A DNA stretch of 64,000 bases from a virus (IMGVR_UViG_3300000059_000319:6592-70591), one strand, 5' to 3'; positions 17,478-28,598 are shown, counted from the first letter of the stretch. Notes: a model not told the origin generated them from the letters alone. A program made the numbers and translations.

Positions 17478-18868
17478 TGAATCAAATAAATGATTATAAT
17501 TTAAAAACATTTCGTGGTGGTGTGAGGGATGAAAAAGGTAGAATAGTTGGTAATGGAACAACATTAATTGAAAAAAAGGAACAACCAATTACTATTATTC
17601 CTTATCACCCACATATTCATCAGCTTCATATTCACCAACACCTCGATAGTAAGAAAACCAAATATAATACACTTGTATGTTGTAGGCGATTTGGAAAATC
17701 CAAATTATCAATATCACAATCAATCAAATGGTGTCTTTCAGAAGAAAAACAATTAGTAGCCTATATAACTCACTCACTCAGATTATGTCGAAAATTCTTT
17801 ACAGAAATTGATGAATTGTTCACAGGTGAATTAAGAGATATAGTTATTAAAGATGTAAATAAGACTGAACTAATTATCAAATTCAAAAATGGTTCTGTAC
17901 TTCAATTTTTTTCATTTGAAAATTCAAATAAAATAAGGGGATTTGGTTTTAACTATGCTGTACTTGATGAAGCACAAGAAGTTGAAACAGAAGATTTTTA
18001 TGCAACCATATTTCCAACTATGGCAAATAGAATTTGTAAACAGGTATTGATACTTGGTACACCAAATACTACTGACAGTTGGTTCTATGATTGGTTTGAA
18101 CGTGGAATGAGTGAAGAACCTGAACACAAAAATTATAAATCATTCAGATATACAATTTGGGATATACCTGATTTTTTAATGGATGTATCAGAAAAAAAGG
18201 ATATGGAACAATTCTACCCAAAAGATATATTCAAGATGGAATGGTTAGCTGAATTTGTGGATGGTCTGATTAGTGTATTTAAAGGTTATTTAGAATGTGT
18301 TTTTGATAAAGAAGAAATACCATATGATGCTAAATATGAATATGTAATGGGTGTTGATACAGGTCGCAGCGATTATACTGTTGCTTCTGTTATACGTTCT
18401 GATGGTCAGTTAGTCTATCAGTTAAGAGTAAACAATATTGATTATCATCCTATGGCAGATATGGTTATTCACCTGATTAAAAAATACCATATAAGAAAAA
18501 CACTTATAGAAATTAATAGTATTGGTGATGCCTTCCTATCAATTTTGAAACAAAAATCCAAAGACCAACATATAACAAGACATGAGTGGATTGAAATATT
18601 TACCAATAACGAAAATAAGAGAGATTATATAGAAGAGCTTATTGTTGCATTTCAGAATCAAACAATTAAGATTTTAAATCTAAAAGAGTTAAAAAAAGAA
18701 TTAGGAAAATTCATATTAGAATTTTCACCACGAACAAGGGCAAGAGTATATAAAGGTATTGGTAATTCACATGATGATACTGTTATATCACTTGCATTAG
18801 CATGGAAATGTTTTAAAGAATATAAAGGTAAACTTGATAGAAGTTATGCCATGATTATAAATAGATAA
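17477..18868 (+). CDS. terL: Terminase large subunit
   Basis: Walker A CCRRFGKS, Walker B YAVLDEAQ, RNase H-like GVDTGRSD...HDDTVISLALA. Confidence 0.92.
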   Translation: MNQINDYNLKTFRGGVRDEKGRIVGNGTTLIEKKEQPITIIPYHPHIHQLHIHQHLDSKKTKYNTLVCCRRFGKSKLSISQSIKWCLSEEKQLVAYITHSLRLCRKFFTEIDELFTGELRDIVIKDVNKTELIIKFKNGSVLQFFSFENSNKIRGFGFNYAVLDEAQEVETEDFYATIFPTMANRICKQVLILGTPNTTDSWFYDWFERGMSEEPEHKNYKSFRYTIWDIPDFLMDVSEKKDMEQFYPKDIFKMEWLAEFVDGLISVFKGYLECVFDKEEIPYDAKYEYVMGVDTGRSDYTVASVIRSDGQLVYQLRVNNIDYHPMADMVIHLIKKYHIRKTLIEINSIGDAFLSILKQKSKDQHITRHEWIEIFTNNENKRDYIEELIVAFQNQTIKILNLKELKKELGKFILEFSPRTRARVYKGIGNSHDDTVISLALAWKCFKEYKGKLDRSYAMIINR

Positions 18869-18874
18869 AATACT

Positions 18875-19474
18875 ATGATAGAGGAAATTATTGAATTAAT
18901 GTATAGGTTATCAAAAGAGCACCTATTAATTAAATCATTCAAATATGATACATTTGGAAGGGGTGCAGGTATAGGAAATGAATATTTACCACAAATATTT
19001 TTGGAAGAACCTATATTGATTGGTACTAATGATATAACAGATAATACAACCCAAGCTACAATTAATTTTAATATTATCTTTTCATTATCCAATTTGGAGA
19101 ACTATGACATACCACAACCTACACCATATTATGTACAAGCATTAGCACACAATATTGGTCTTAATATGATAGCAAAGATTGATAAAGAATATGATAATTG
19201 GTTGACTGATATAGATAACATTTACCAACCTTATAAGATTGTATCTTACAACTTCATCACTTTAAAATATTGGTCAGATAATGATTGTGCAGGTGTAAGA
19301 TGCACATTAACATTAGAGAGAAAGAACCCACTTGATAAATGTGATATTGATGGACATTTTGATATTAATAAAAAATTTGAATTTGATGACCTATTACCAA
19401 ATATACCAACACCTGATGCAAGTGGTTGTGTAACATTTGACTTTAAATTACCTGAAATAAATTATGGTGACTAA
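18875..19474 (+). CDS. Neck/tail-terminator-like structural protein
   Basis: Position and size; homologue 58287..58883; function inferred. Confidence 0.45.
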   Translation: MIEEIIELMYRLSKEHLLIKSFKYDTFGRGAGIGNEYLPQIFLEEPILIGTNDITDNTTQATINFNIIFSLSNLENYDIPQPTPYYVQALAHNIGLNMIAKIDKEYDNWLTDIDNIYQPYKIVSYNFITLKYWSDNDCAGVRCTLTLERKNPLDKCDIDGHFDINKKFEFDDLLPNIPTPDASGCVTFDFKLPEINYGD

Positions 19475-19937
19475 TAATGTACTTAATGATATACAAGAAG
19501 CTATTGCGAGAATTGCATTTGAAGCAGTCAGAGCCATTCAATATATAATGGAGAGTGAAAAGGGTATTAATGATAAAGTTAATGCTAATACACTTGTTGA
19601 TAGTGATATATATAATCAAATAGAATATAATGTTGATGATAAATTTTTAATAGATATTCTTATTAATTCATATATAGATAATATTGAATCAGGTAGAAAA
19701 CCTTTTGCAAAGCGTGTACCAATAGAAGATTTAATTATATGGTGCAACAAGAAAGGAATACAAGCAGGTAATGGTATTGTATATGCCATTCAAGATAGTA
19801 TATATAAGTTTGGTATATCCCCAAGACCAATAATGGTTTACGCTTTTGAGAGATGGGATGAAATGTGGAATCAAAGTTGGGCAGATGAAATAACTAATGA
19901 AATATTAGCACCCATAACTGATTTCTTCAATAATTAA
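19464..19937 (+). CDS. Tail completion/neck protein (HK97 gp10-like position)
   Basis: YID.IESGRKP...P...L..W...KG...I...I.K.GI..RP pattern; homologue 58888..59358. Confidence 0.55.
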   Translation: MVTNNVLNDIQEAIARIAFEAVRAIQYIMESEKGINDKVNANTLVDSDIYNQIEYNVDDKFLIDILINSYIDNIESGRKPFAKRVPIEDLIIWCNKKGIQAGNGIVYAIQDSIYKFGISPRPIMVYAFERWDEMWNQSWADEITNEILAPITDFFNN

Positions 19938-19952
19938 TACAAACAATTATAA

Positions 19953-21365
19953 ATGAAAGATATAGAGAAAATATGTGGTTCTTCATTAGACCATTTTTTA
20001 ATATTGGATAGTTCAACACAAGTAACTACACCAACAATAACATTTGTGATTAAGACAGCATCACCAACAACAATATCAATTAAAGATGCAGATAATGAAG
20101 AATGGGAAGGATTAACATTAATAGGTACAGCAGATGGTGTTATTACATCAAATACGTTTGTTACAAAAAATAATGCTATCAGTACAGGATTATCATTATT
20201 AGAATGTCTGAAAAAGAATAGTGTATTTTTCAATTTCAGTACACCACAGATAAATGGTTCACAAATCTCAATTACCTGCAGTCTCGAAATGTCAAGAACC
20301 TATAATATATTATCATCAAATTCAGCTAATATAACTGTAAGTGCAAGTACAGGTGGTGTTGCAATAACTAAGTATGTGGTTGATATGGATGTTACAACTA
20401 ATAATAGTACATCCAATCTATCATTATCGAAGATGGGAATTGATAACCAATTATCATTTAATCTTACAGCACCATTTTCTGTAACCTCTTTTAAATATCC
20501 TATGTCCTGTACATTATTTAGTTATCGTACTGATGGGATAGATACCAATATAAATACTTTAAATACAACACAGTTTTATATATTACCAACAACTTTACAT
20601 AAGTTTGATTGGGTTGATTTCAGTAATGATTATTTTAAAGATGTGTCAGTTCCCAACCCTAAACCAATACTAACAACAAATAATAACAAAACAATAAATT
20701 ATGGTGAAACAATTGCATTATCTTTTTTAACTAATGATGCTAATATTTCATTATTAAAGAGGTATTACACCAATTCAGGAAGATATCTAACACAAGAAAA
20801 AACTAATATCAAAAAGGAATATAATTTAATCAGAGTTGATTTTTATGATACACCTGACTTGTTGACAATAGAACAAAATTACAATACACAAGTTGGATTT
20901 GTTCTATACAATATTGTAGATAGTGCAAATACTATTATAAGTAATGATTTAAGATATGATGTAGTACCAAGTTGTAATCCTAACAATATAGTATTCTTCA
21001 TTAATGAATTAGGTGGTATTGATAGTTTTAATTTCTTGGGTGATAAGTCTGTTGAATATAATATTGATGACCAATTAACCTATTCAACAACCCCAACAAG
21101 ACCATTTACTAACAGTAAATTTATAGAACAAGTTAAATCTAAATATCAGTCAGTAACACATACAACAGCAACAGCATTAATAAATTCATATACTGCTGAT
21201 TGGTTGAATGAATTAAATAAATCCAAGTATGTATTTATATTGGATGAAGATGGGAATGAAACAAGAATTATTGTAGATAAGTTTGATATTGAAGTAACCT
21301 ATGATACAGAACAATATGAACTTGAAATGCAGTATCATAGAAGTGATAATAAAATAAGATTATAA
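19953..21365 (+). CDS. Distal tail/baseplate-like protein
   Basis: C-terminal F.NELGG.DSFNF...WLNEL.KS.YV pattern; homologue 59386..60795. Confidence 0.55.
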   Translation: MKDIEKICGSSLDHFLILDSSTQVTTPTITFVIKTASPTTISIKDADNEEWEGLTLIGTADGVITSNTFVTKNNAISTGLSLLECLKKNSVFFNFSTPQINGSQISITCSLEMSRTYNILSSNSANITVSASTGGVAITKYVVDMDVTTNNSTSNLSLSKMGIDNQLSFNLTAPFSVTSFKYPMSCTLFSYRTDGIDTNINTLNTTQFYILPTTLHKFDWVDFSNDYFKDVSVPNPKPILTTNNNKTINYGETIALSFLTNDANISLLKRYYTNSGRYLTQEKTNIKKEYNLIRVDFYDTPDLLTIEQNYNTQVGFVLYNIVDSANTIISNDLRYDVVPSCNPNNIVFFINELGGIDSFNFLGDKSVEYNIDDQLTYSTTPTRPFTNSKFIEQVKSKYQSVTHTTATALINSYTADWLNELNKSKYVFILDEDGNETRIIVDKFDIEVTYDTEQYELEMQYHRSDNKIRL

Positions 21366-21370
21366 TTGAT

Positions 21371-21400
21371 TGGGATGGCTATAAAAGCTATCCCTTTTTT
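21371..21400 (+). terminator. Intrinsic terminator; similar GGGAT...ATCCC hairpins at ~24679 and ~63679
   Basis: GGGATGGCT-ATAAA-AGCTATCCC + T run, followed by the late motif. Confidence 0.75.
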
Positions 21401-21433
21401 ATTGATATAAATCTTTATTATAAAGAATATTAA

Positions 21434-24247
21434 ATGAATGTAGAATTATATATCAACAATAGACAGGTAGAACTTGATGACCAATTTAATGTAAGTTTGG
21501 ATAAAGAATTTTATGATGCTGTGAACCTAACTACAAAAGAAGTATCATATAGTTATTCAATCAATATACCAACTACCCAACATAACAGGGAGATATTTGA
21601 TTATGTAGATATCGAAGAAACACCAAACAAGTTTGGTCAGGTGTATCAGACACAATTATATGTAAATTCAACTTTAATATTAGATGGTAATTATGTTAAT
21701 GAAGAAATTGATGGTGATTACTATACAGGTAATTTATATGTACCATCACAAAAAAATCTTAAAGATATATTTGGTGAACTCGATATGGTTAATATAATTT
21801 CACATGAATTATATATAAGTAGATGGAATGATATTAAAGAAATAAATTGGAATATGACCAATTCAAATACAGATAAACATATTTGTTTTCCTTTCATTTT
21901 ATATAATATACCTTACAATTCAGATGCAGTATCTGATAAATATACTCAATATGCAAGTTATGAAGATGGTGCTAATTGGGATTTAGATTACATGATACCT
22001 GCATTTAATATAACTTCTGTTATCAAAGATATATTCAAGACATTCAATATGAATGTGGATGGCAATATATTTAATGATGAGAAATTTAATAAGTTATATA
22101 TGACTTATAGTGGTGAATATGATAAATTTAAGAACGCTAAAATTGTACCATATAATTGTCAACTCAACATGAATTATATGGTAAGGAGAAATGAGAATAA
22201 TGATAGTACTATCATTCAAGTGAATGGTTTAGATACCCTTAGATTTTTAGCAGGTGATATATCTGTATCAGAGAATACAACTGTTACAGGTATTCAGGAT
22301 GATTATAATATGATTGTTAAGAGTACCACAAAAACAACAGGACAAATTAAAGTACCTAAAAGTGGTTGGTATAGAATTTCTGCTAGTGGTAATTACCAAA
22401 TGGATGGTTCCAGAAATAATATTTGGAATCAAAATGGTAGATGGTCAGTTTCAGGTGCATATTCTTCTTATGATAATTCAAGTGATGCAACTCATAGACC
22501 TGTTGAGATTCAAATAATAAGAGGGAAATCAGCAGCAGTTACAGCACCTAAACCTATTGGGGTATATGGTTTTGCACCATCACAACCCAATACAGATGCA
22601 GGTCAAGGTCAATCTTGGTCAGCTTTAAATGGTCGTGGTGTTGAAATACAATATCCACAAGGAGCAACAAGATTTCCAAAGAATAATAATACATTATTAA
22701 TTTCAGATGGTACAGCAGATACACCAACTGATGATTTTATATGTGGTGCACACTTTGGTCACTATGGTATCGAAAGAGGTGGGAAATCAGGAGAAAGTAA
22801 TAAACGTGGTGCATTCCTTTATAATAATCCTGACCCAACTAAGACTAATGCATCAATACAAGCTTCTTCATCATGGTATCAAATGCCTGATAACCCTGAA
22901 AATTATACATATGATTACAAACAAGCTAATGTGTTAGTAAGAAGGAGTGGTAAGGATGTTAGAGCATTCTCTAATTGTCAAGCTTATAATGAATTGAATA
23001 TATATACACCATCAGGTGATGACCAAGAAAATTGGATTAAAAGTTGGAATACATCAACCAACTATAATCAGATATCATATAATGGATTAAGTGATTCAAC
23101 TGCTACAACAACAGGTGTAAGGGATGGTAATTTTAAATGTGAAACAGTAATATGGTTAAATGCAGGTGAATATATTGATACATTCTTAATTTGCCCTCTT
23201 CATAATCATGGACGTTGGAGAGGTGGATTCAAAAGGACTTATGATAGACGTGGCGACACGATGCCACAGACATCAGTAAATGTATCTATCAAGATGGCAA
23301 TAATTAATAGTGACCCTGATTGGAATTATACCAAAGAAACCATACCATCATTTGCTGAATTATCTCAAAACAGAAAAAGTAATGTAAATAAAATGTTACC
23401 TGATATAAAAGTGAATGATTTCCTGAATGGGTTTGTTGATACATTCAATTTAAAATTAAGTAGATTAAATTCAAATTCATATTCAATTGATGTTACAAAT
23501 GAAAATGATACAATAGGTGAGATAATAGATATTGAACCATATACAGATATTTCAAGAAACAGATATACAAGAATAGATTTACCATCTGAATATCAATTTA
23601 TTTTTACAGTCGAGCACGAAGAAGAAGGATATACACAATTAGGTACTAATAATCTAAAACCTGAACAATATACAGGTGAAGGTGTATATGTAAACCCTGC
23701 TTCAACAAATGGTTCGATTATAAAGAAAGAAAGTATATTTAGTTACTGTTGGTATAAAGATATTTTATTTAAGGCTTATAATATTGAGGTACTGACACCA
23801 ACCCCAATCATAAGTAATAATGAAGTATGGGATGCAGGAACAACTTATGCAGAAGCATTTGAGAAAGGATTATATACAGATTATTCACCACGTTTATTTT
23901 ACCCTGATACAGACAATATTTGGAAATATACTATATACCCATTAAACAATCAGGATGCAACAGATATAAGATTGGTACCAGTAACTAATAATATATCACC
24001 TGATAATACATTAGAACTATCATATGATAAGTATATATCAAATTCTATCATCAATAAAATGTTTAATGTAAAATTATCAACAGGACATGAAGTTGAATGT
24101 AATCTATATTTACCTAACTATCTATTCAATAAAATAAATAATTCAAGTAGGATTAAAATGAATAATGATTTATATCAGGTCAAACAAATACAACAGTTTG
24201 ACCCATTAGAAGAAAATGAAACCAAACTAATATTGATTAAAGAATAA
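21434..24247 (+). CDS. Baseplate hub/tail tip protein
   Basis: MN.ELYI.N..VEL...Y...I.IPTT.HN.EIF N-terminus; homologue 60848..63652. Confidence 0.6.
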   Translation: MNVELYINNRQVELDDQFNVSLDKEFYDAVNLTTKEVSYSYSINIPTTQHNREIFDYVDIEETPNKFGQVYQTQLYVNSTLILDGNYVNEEIDGDYYTGNLYVPSQKNLKDIFGELDMVNIISHELYISRWNDIKEINWNMTNSNTDKHICFPFILYNIPYNSDAVSDKYTQYASYEDGANWDLDYMIPAFNITSVIKDIFKTFNMNVDGNIFNDEKFNKLYMTYSGEYDKFKNAKIVPYNCQLNMNYMVRRNENNDSTIIQVNGLDTLRFLAGDISVSENTTVTGIQDDYNMIVKSTTKTTGQIKVPKSGWYRISASGNYQMDGSRNNIWNQNGRWSVSGAYSSYDNSSDATHRPVEIQIIRGKSAAVTAPKPIGVYGFAPSQPNTDAGQGQSWSALNGRGVEIQYPQGATRFPKNNNTLLISDGTADTPTDDFICGAHFGHYGIERGGKSGESNKRGAFLYNNPDPTKTNASIQASSSWYQMPDNPENYTYDYKQANVLVRRSGKDVRAFSNCQAYNELNIYTPSGDDQENWIKSWNTSTNYNQISYNGLSDSTATTTGVRDGNFKCETVIWLNAGEYIDTFLICPLHNHGRWRGGFKRTYDRRGDTMPQTSVNVSIKMAIINSDPDWNYTKETIPSFAELSQNRKSNVNKMLPDIKVNDFLNGFVDTFNLKLSRLNSNSYSIDVTNENDTIGEIIDIEPYTDISRNRYTRIDLPSEYQFIFTVEHEEEGYTQLGTNNLKPEQYTGEGVYVNPASTNGSIIKKESIFSYCWYKDILFKAYNIEVLTPTPIISNNEVWDAGTTYAEAFEKGLYTDYSPRLFYPDTDNIWKYTIYPLNNQDATDIRLVPVTNNISPDNTLELSYDKYISNSIINKMFNVKLSTGHEVECNLYLPNYLFNKINNSSRIKMNNDLYQVKQIQQFDPLEENETKLILIKE

Positions 24248-24281
24248 AATCATATATTTGAGATATAACCATTAAAAAAAT

Positions 24282-24650
24282 ATGACTATGGCTTTTTATA
24301 CAGTAAATTTTAAATGTTCAGGTGAAGAATATAATGCAACTCTTAATTCAAGTTATCCACAAGAAAATATAGAGAATATAGATGACATAGAAGATATTGA
24401 AGATGTGGAAGATGTGGAAAATGATGAGAATGTAGAACCTGACTTATTAGTATTACAAGAAAATGTGGAAATTGCAATTATAAAGAAAAAGGAAAAACTT
24501 AATCTTATTGGAAAAGACCATTTTGTTTTAGAAGCATCTTATACTATGGATGAGATAAAATGGGATGCTGATAAAGAAGAACTTTGGGAAGTTATGGAAA
24601 GGGCAACATGGATTCCTATTGATATTACAGATTTGAATGTGAGAGTATAA
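24282..24650 (+). CDS. Acidic moron protein, A only
   Basis: Own TATATTTG at 24253-24260 and a terminator at ~24679-24710; absent between hub and tape measure in B. Confidence 0.6.
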   Translation: MTMAFYTVNFKCSGEEYNATLNSSYPQENIENIDDIEDIEDVEDVENDENVEPDLLVLQENVEIAIIKKKEKLNLIGKDHFVLEASYTMDEIKWDADKEELWEVMERATWIPIDITDLNVRV

Positions 24651-24745
24651 ACAATTTATTTAAACTATTTATATGATTGGGATGTGCTATTAAGTGCATC
24701 CCTTTTTTATTGACAAAAATCTTTATTAAAAAGATTTAAACAACT

Positions 24746-27700
24746 ATGTCTAACACAAACAAAAAAGTATATGTATTAGAAATTCAAGGTACAAAGGAAA
24801 GTTATGATGCAATAGTAAACATTAATGATGTGCTTGCATCTATGGATGAACATATTCAGTCAGTTAACAAACAAGAACAAGAACTAAACAAAACCAAAAA
24901 ACAATCAAAACAAGCTACTGATGAATTAACTAAGGTTCAGGAAAAATTGAATCAATATGATGCTGAATACCAACGAGAATTAGCAAAAGCAAAAGCTGCA
25001 TTACAAGAAAAAAATAAAGCCATCCAAGAAGAAGTAAAAGCTGAAAAATTAGCTGAAGGTTCATACTATGCTAAACAGGCTGCATTATCCAAACTTGGTA
25101 AAGAAATAAAATCATATGTAGCTAATACTGATGAAGAAAAACAACAACTTGAAGAAATGAAAGCACAGTATGCTTCATTAAATGATGAGTTGAAAGACTT
25201 CGATAAAACGATGGGAAACCATCAACGTGAGGTTGGTAATTATGCAATAGCTACACAAGGTCTTAAAGAAGAATTAAAAAATCTTGAAGATGAAATGACC
25301 TCACTTCTTGCAAATGGTATATCTACAACTGATGAAGGATTTCAACAATTAGCACATAGGGCAGGTGAAATTAAAGCAGCTATGGATGATGCTAAAAAAG
25401 AAATAGCAGCATTTTCAGATGGTTCTAAAAAAATTAATGATGTTGTAAATATTGCACAATCCCTTACAGCAGGGTTTGGTTTACTACAATCAGCAACAGC
25501 AGCATTTGGTATTGAGAATGAAGAAGTAAATGAAAGCATCCAAAAAATGATGGCTGCTATGACTGCATTACAATCACTTCAACAAATATCATCATCACTT
25601 ACAGATGAAACATCTGCATCCTATAAAATACTAAATAAAGCACTTCAACTATTTGGATTACAGAAAAAACAAAATACTGTTGCATTACAACAAGATACAA
25701 CAGCACAAACAGTTAATGCAACAGCAACAGGTGCAGCAACAGTAGCTACATCAGCTTCAACAACTGCACTTAAAGCTTTTAAAATAGCATTAGCAAGTAC
25801 AGGTGTTGGATTATTAGTTATAGCATTAGGTTATCTGATTGCAAACTTTGATGAGATAAAAAGTAAGGTAGTTGAGTTCTTACCATTCCTTGGTGAAATG
25901 GGTGAATCTTTTGAAAATCTTAAATCTGTGTTAGCAGGTGTTGGTGAAGCAGTCGTTAATTATCTTTTGACCCCAATTAAGACTGTTATAGCTGTTGTTA
26001 AAGGCTTTATGGAAGATGGTATCAAAGGTGCAGTTAAAGCAGGTACAAATGAATTTAAAAAGGGTATTAATGTTATTGATAACTATAAAAAAGGTTATGA
26101 TAAACAAGAAGCTAAAAACCAACAAAATAGAATTAAAGAAAATGCAAAATCACTTGATAAAGAACTAAATGACAAAATCAAAAACCTTGAAGCACAAAAA
26201 GGTAGAGATTTTAAATTTTCAAAAGATGGAATAGAAATATATAAACAATTCTATGCTAATAAGAAAAAATTATATGATAAGGATAGTGATGATTATAAGA
26301 ATGCTGTAAATGAGGAAATTGCATTTTTACGTGAAGTGACTGAACATGAGCAAGCTGAGTTAAAGAAAAGACAAGATGCTTGGAAAGCAGCAGCAGATAA
26401 AAGAAAAGCAGACTTAGAAAAACTGAAAGAAGATACCAAGAAAATTCTTGAAGATACTACCAAATTATATCTTGATAATGAACAAGTAAGATTGGATGCA
26501 CAAAGAAAAGGTATTGAAGATTTAAATGTATATAACCAAGAACAATTAAATTATAAACTTCAACAATTATCTGATATAAATAAAAAACAAGAAGAATTAA
26601 TTCAAAAGAATTTAGATAAAGAACTTGAATTGGTTAAAGAACAATATGATAAACTAATTAAAGAAGCTGAAAAACTTAACCAAGATACCACACAACTTAC
26701 AGATGATTACAATAAGAGAAAGCAGGGATTACAAGATAAAGCTGATGCAGAAAGGTTATCAAGGGAAAAAGAATTAAATAAACAAATTATTCAAGAACAG
26801 GATAAATTAAATAAATATCAAATTGACCAATCACAAAAAACAGTTGATGAAATCAATAAGACCTTAGATAATCAACTGAAAAACATCAAAACCATGAACA
26901 CCAAAACATCTAAAACTGGTGGGTTCTTTAATGTGATTGATGTTGAAAAAACCAAAAAAGATATTGAAGATGCTAAACAAGCATATGATGATTTGGCTAT
27001 ATCATTACTTGAGCAATCAAAGGTAGTTGCACAAGAATATGATAGGCAATTAGCATTAACAGCACAAACATATGGTTCAGATAGTAAAGAATACCAAGAC
27101 CTTTTAAATAAAAAAACATTAGCACTTGATAAATACTTGTCTGATTATAAAGTAGCTAACCAAGCTTCTATGGACTTACAAAAACAAGAAGCTGATTTGA
27201 TGAATGAATATTGGGATAGTGTAAGCCAACAAATTGGTGAAAGATTTAAATTATTAAATGAAGCTATTCTAACACCATTATATGATGCATTCACAGCTTT
27301 AAATGATATGCAACTTGAACAAGCTCAAAAGAATTTAGAAAAAGTACAGAAACTACATGATAAAGCAGTTCAGGAAGTAACAGATAGCCAAAGTAGAATT
27401 GAAGATTTAAATAATTCTATTACTGCTTCTAATGGTCTTAGACGTGACGAACTTGAAAAAACATTAGCTGATGAAGTTCTAATGTTGAAACAAAGGGAAG
27501 CAGAAGAGCAAAGATTAGCAATCGAAACACAAAAGGCAGAAGAAGAAGTTGCAGAAAAAGAACGTGCACAAAGAAAAATGGATGCAGGTAAAAAAATTAT
27601 TGAAGGTGCTATTAATACTGCAATAGCTGTAACTGCTGCTTTACCTAATCTTGTGTTAGCAGGTATTGTTGGTGCTATGGGTGCTGCTTCTACTGCAATA

Positions 27701-28111
27701 GCTGCTGCACAATATGCTAAACTTGAAGATGGTGGTTTACTATCTGGAAAATCTCATAAACAAGGTGGTATGAAGATACAAGGTTCAAATATTGAAGTTG
27801 AAGGTGGTGAATATGTAGTTAATAAAAGAAGTACACAACAATTTTTACCATTATTAGAAAGAATAAATGAATTTGGTAAAAATAAATCCTCATCTATTAC
27901 TTATAATAATATCTATCATAAATATGAAAATGGTGGTCAATTAGATTATGAATTAATAAATAGTAATTTAAATCAAAATAATCCATATAATAAAATGATG
28001 GATAAATTTAATGATGTTACCAATCAACCTATCTTTGTATCAGTAACTGACATTAACAGAGGACAAAACAGAGTAGCAAAAGTGAAAGATATGGCAGGTG
28101 CAACTTATTGA
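24746..28111 (+). CDS. Tape measure protein
   Basis: 1121 aa, long Ala/Gln/Lys helical coiled coil with hydrophobic Ala/Gly segments, C-terminal GG.H.QGG...EVEGGEYVVN motif. Confidence 0.85.
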   Translation: MSNTNKKVYVLEIQGTKESYDAIVNINDVLASMDEHIQSVNKQEQELNKTKKQSKQATDELTKVQEKLNQYDAEYQRELAKAKAALQEKNKAIQEEVKAEKLAEGSYYAKQAALSKLGKEIKSYVANTDEEKQQLEEMKAQYASLNDELKDFDKTMGNHQREVGNYAIATQGLKEELKNLEDEMTSLLANGISTTDEGFQQLAHRAGEIKAAMDDAKKEIAAFSDGSKKINDVVNIAQSLTAGFGLLQSATAAFGIENEEVNESIQKMMAAMTALQSLQQISSSLTDETSASYKILNKALQLFGLQKKQNTVALQQDTTAQTVNATATGAATVATSASTTALKAFKIALASTGVGLLVIALGYLIANFDEIKSKVVEFLPFLGEMGESFENLKSVLAGVGEAVVNYLLTPIKTVIAVVKGFMEDGIKGAVKAGTNEFKKGINVIDNYKKGYDKQEAKNQQNRIKENAKSLDKELNDKIKNLEAQKGRDFKFSKDGIEIYKQFYANKKKLYDKDSDDYKNAVNEEIAFLREVTEHEQAELKKRQDAWKAAADKRKADLEKLKEDTKKILEDTTKLYLDNEQVRLDAQRKGIEDLNVYNQEQLNYKLQQLSDINKKQEELIQKNLDKELELVKEQYDKLIKEAEKLNQDTTQLTDDYNKRKQGLQDKADAERLSREKELNKQIIQEQDKLNKYQIDQSQKTVDEINKTLDNQLKNIKTMNTKTSKTGGFFNVIDVEKTKKDIEDAKQAYDDLAISLLEQSKVVAQEYDRQLALTAQTYGSDSKEYQDLLNKKTLALDKYLSDYKVANQASMDLQKQEADLMNEYWDSVSQQIGERFKLLNEAILTPLYDAFTALNDMQLEQAQKNLEKVQKLHDKAVQEVTDSQSRIEDLNNSITASNGLRRDELEKTLADEVLMLKQREAEEQRLAIETQKAEEEVAEKERAQRKMDAGKKIIEGAINTAIAVTAALPNLVLAGIVGAMGAASTAIAAAQYAKLEDGGLLSGKSHKQGGMKIQGSNIEVEGGEYVVNKRSTQQFLPLLERINEFGKNKSSSITYNNIYHKYENGGQLDYELINSNLNQNNPYNKMMDKFNDVTNQPIFVSVTDINRGQNRVAKVKDMAGATY

Positions 28112-28483
28112 TAATTTTTGATACCTTTATTCATAATTTATAAATCTGAATATTATAAGAGCCTATTTAAATTTTATTTAATAATAGTCTGATATTCATT
28201 ATGTTAAAAATGATGGTCATTTTCAGGTAGTTATGATTGGTATTAAATTAGTGGAAAGATTATGTTTTTCCTCCTTCATTTTCCCACTCTCTATATGGCA
28301 AATATTTTAATATAATTCACAATAATAAATACTCATATTAAAAATTTGATTTATAATTGATTAGATTTAAAATATGAAATTAGAAAAAGTGACCAAAATA
28401 AATAAATTTAATGTAAGTGGTTGATTATCAATTTAAGGTTCGAGAACTATTCATTCTTGTATCTTTTTTCTGATAAGGTAAAT

Positions 28484-28513
28484 AAAAAGGGTCTGATAGT
28501 TCAAGACCCTTTT
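28484..28513. terminator. Bidirectional terminator downstream of the integrase
   Basis: AAAAGGGTCT-GATAGTTCA-AGACCCTTTT. Confidence 0.7.
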
Positions 28514-28598
28514 GTCTGTTAAATAAGCTACTTCTTATTCGATTTCTGACAGTTTAATATTATTTCTGACCAAATATATTATTGAATAAAATACTAAT

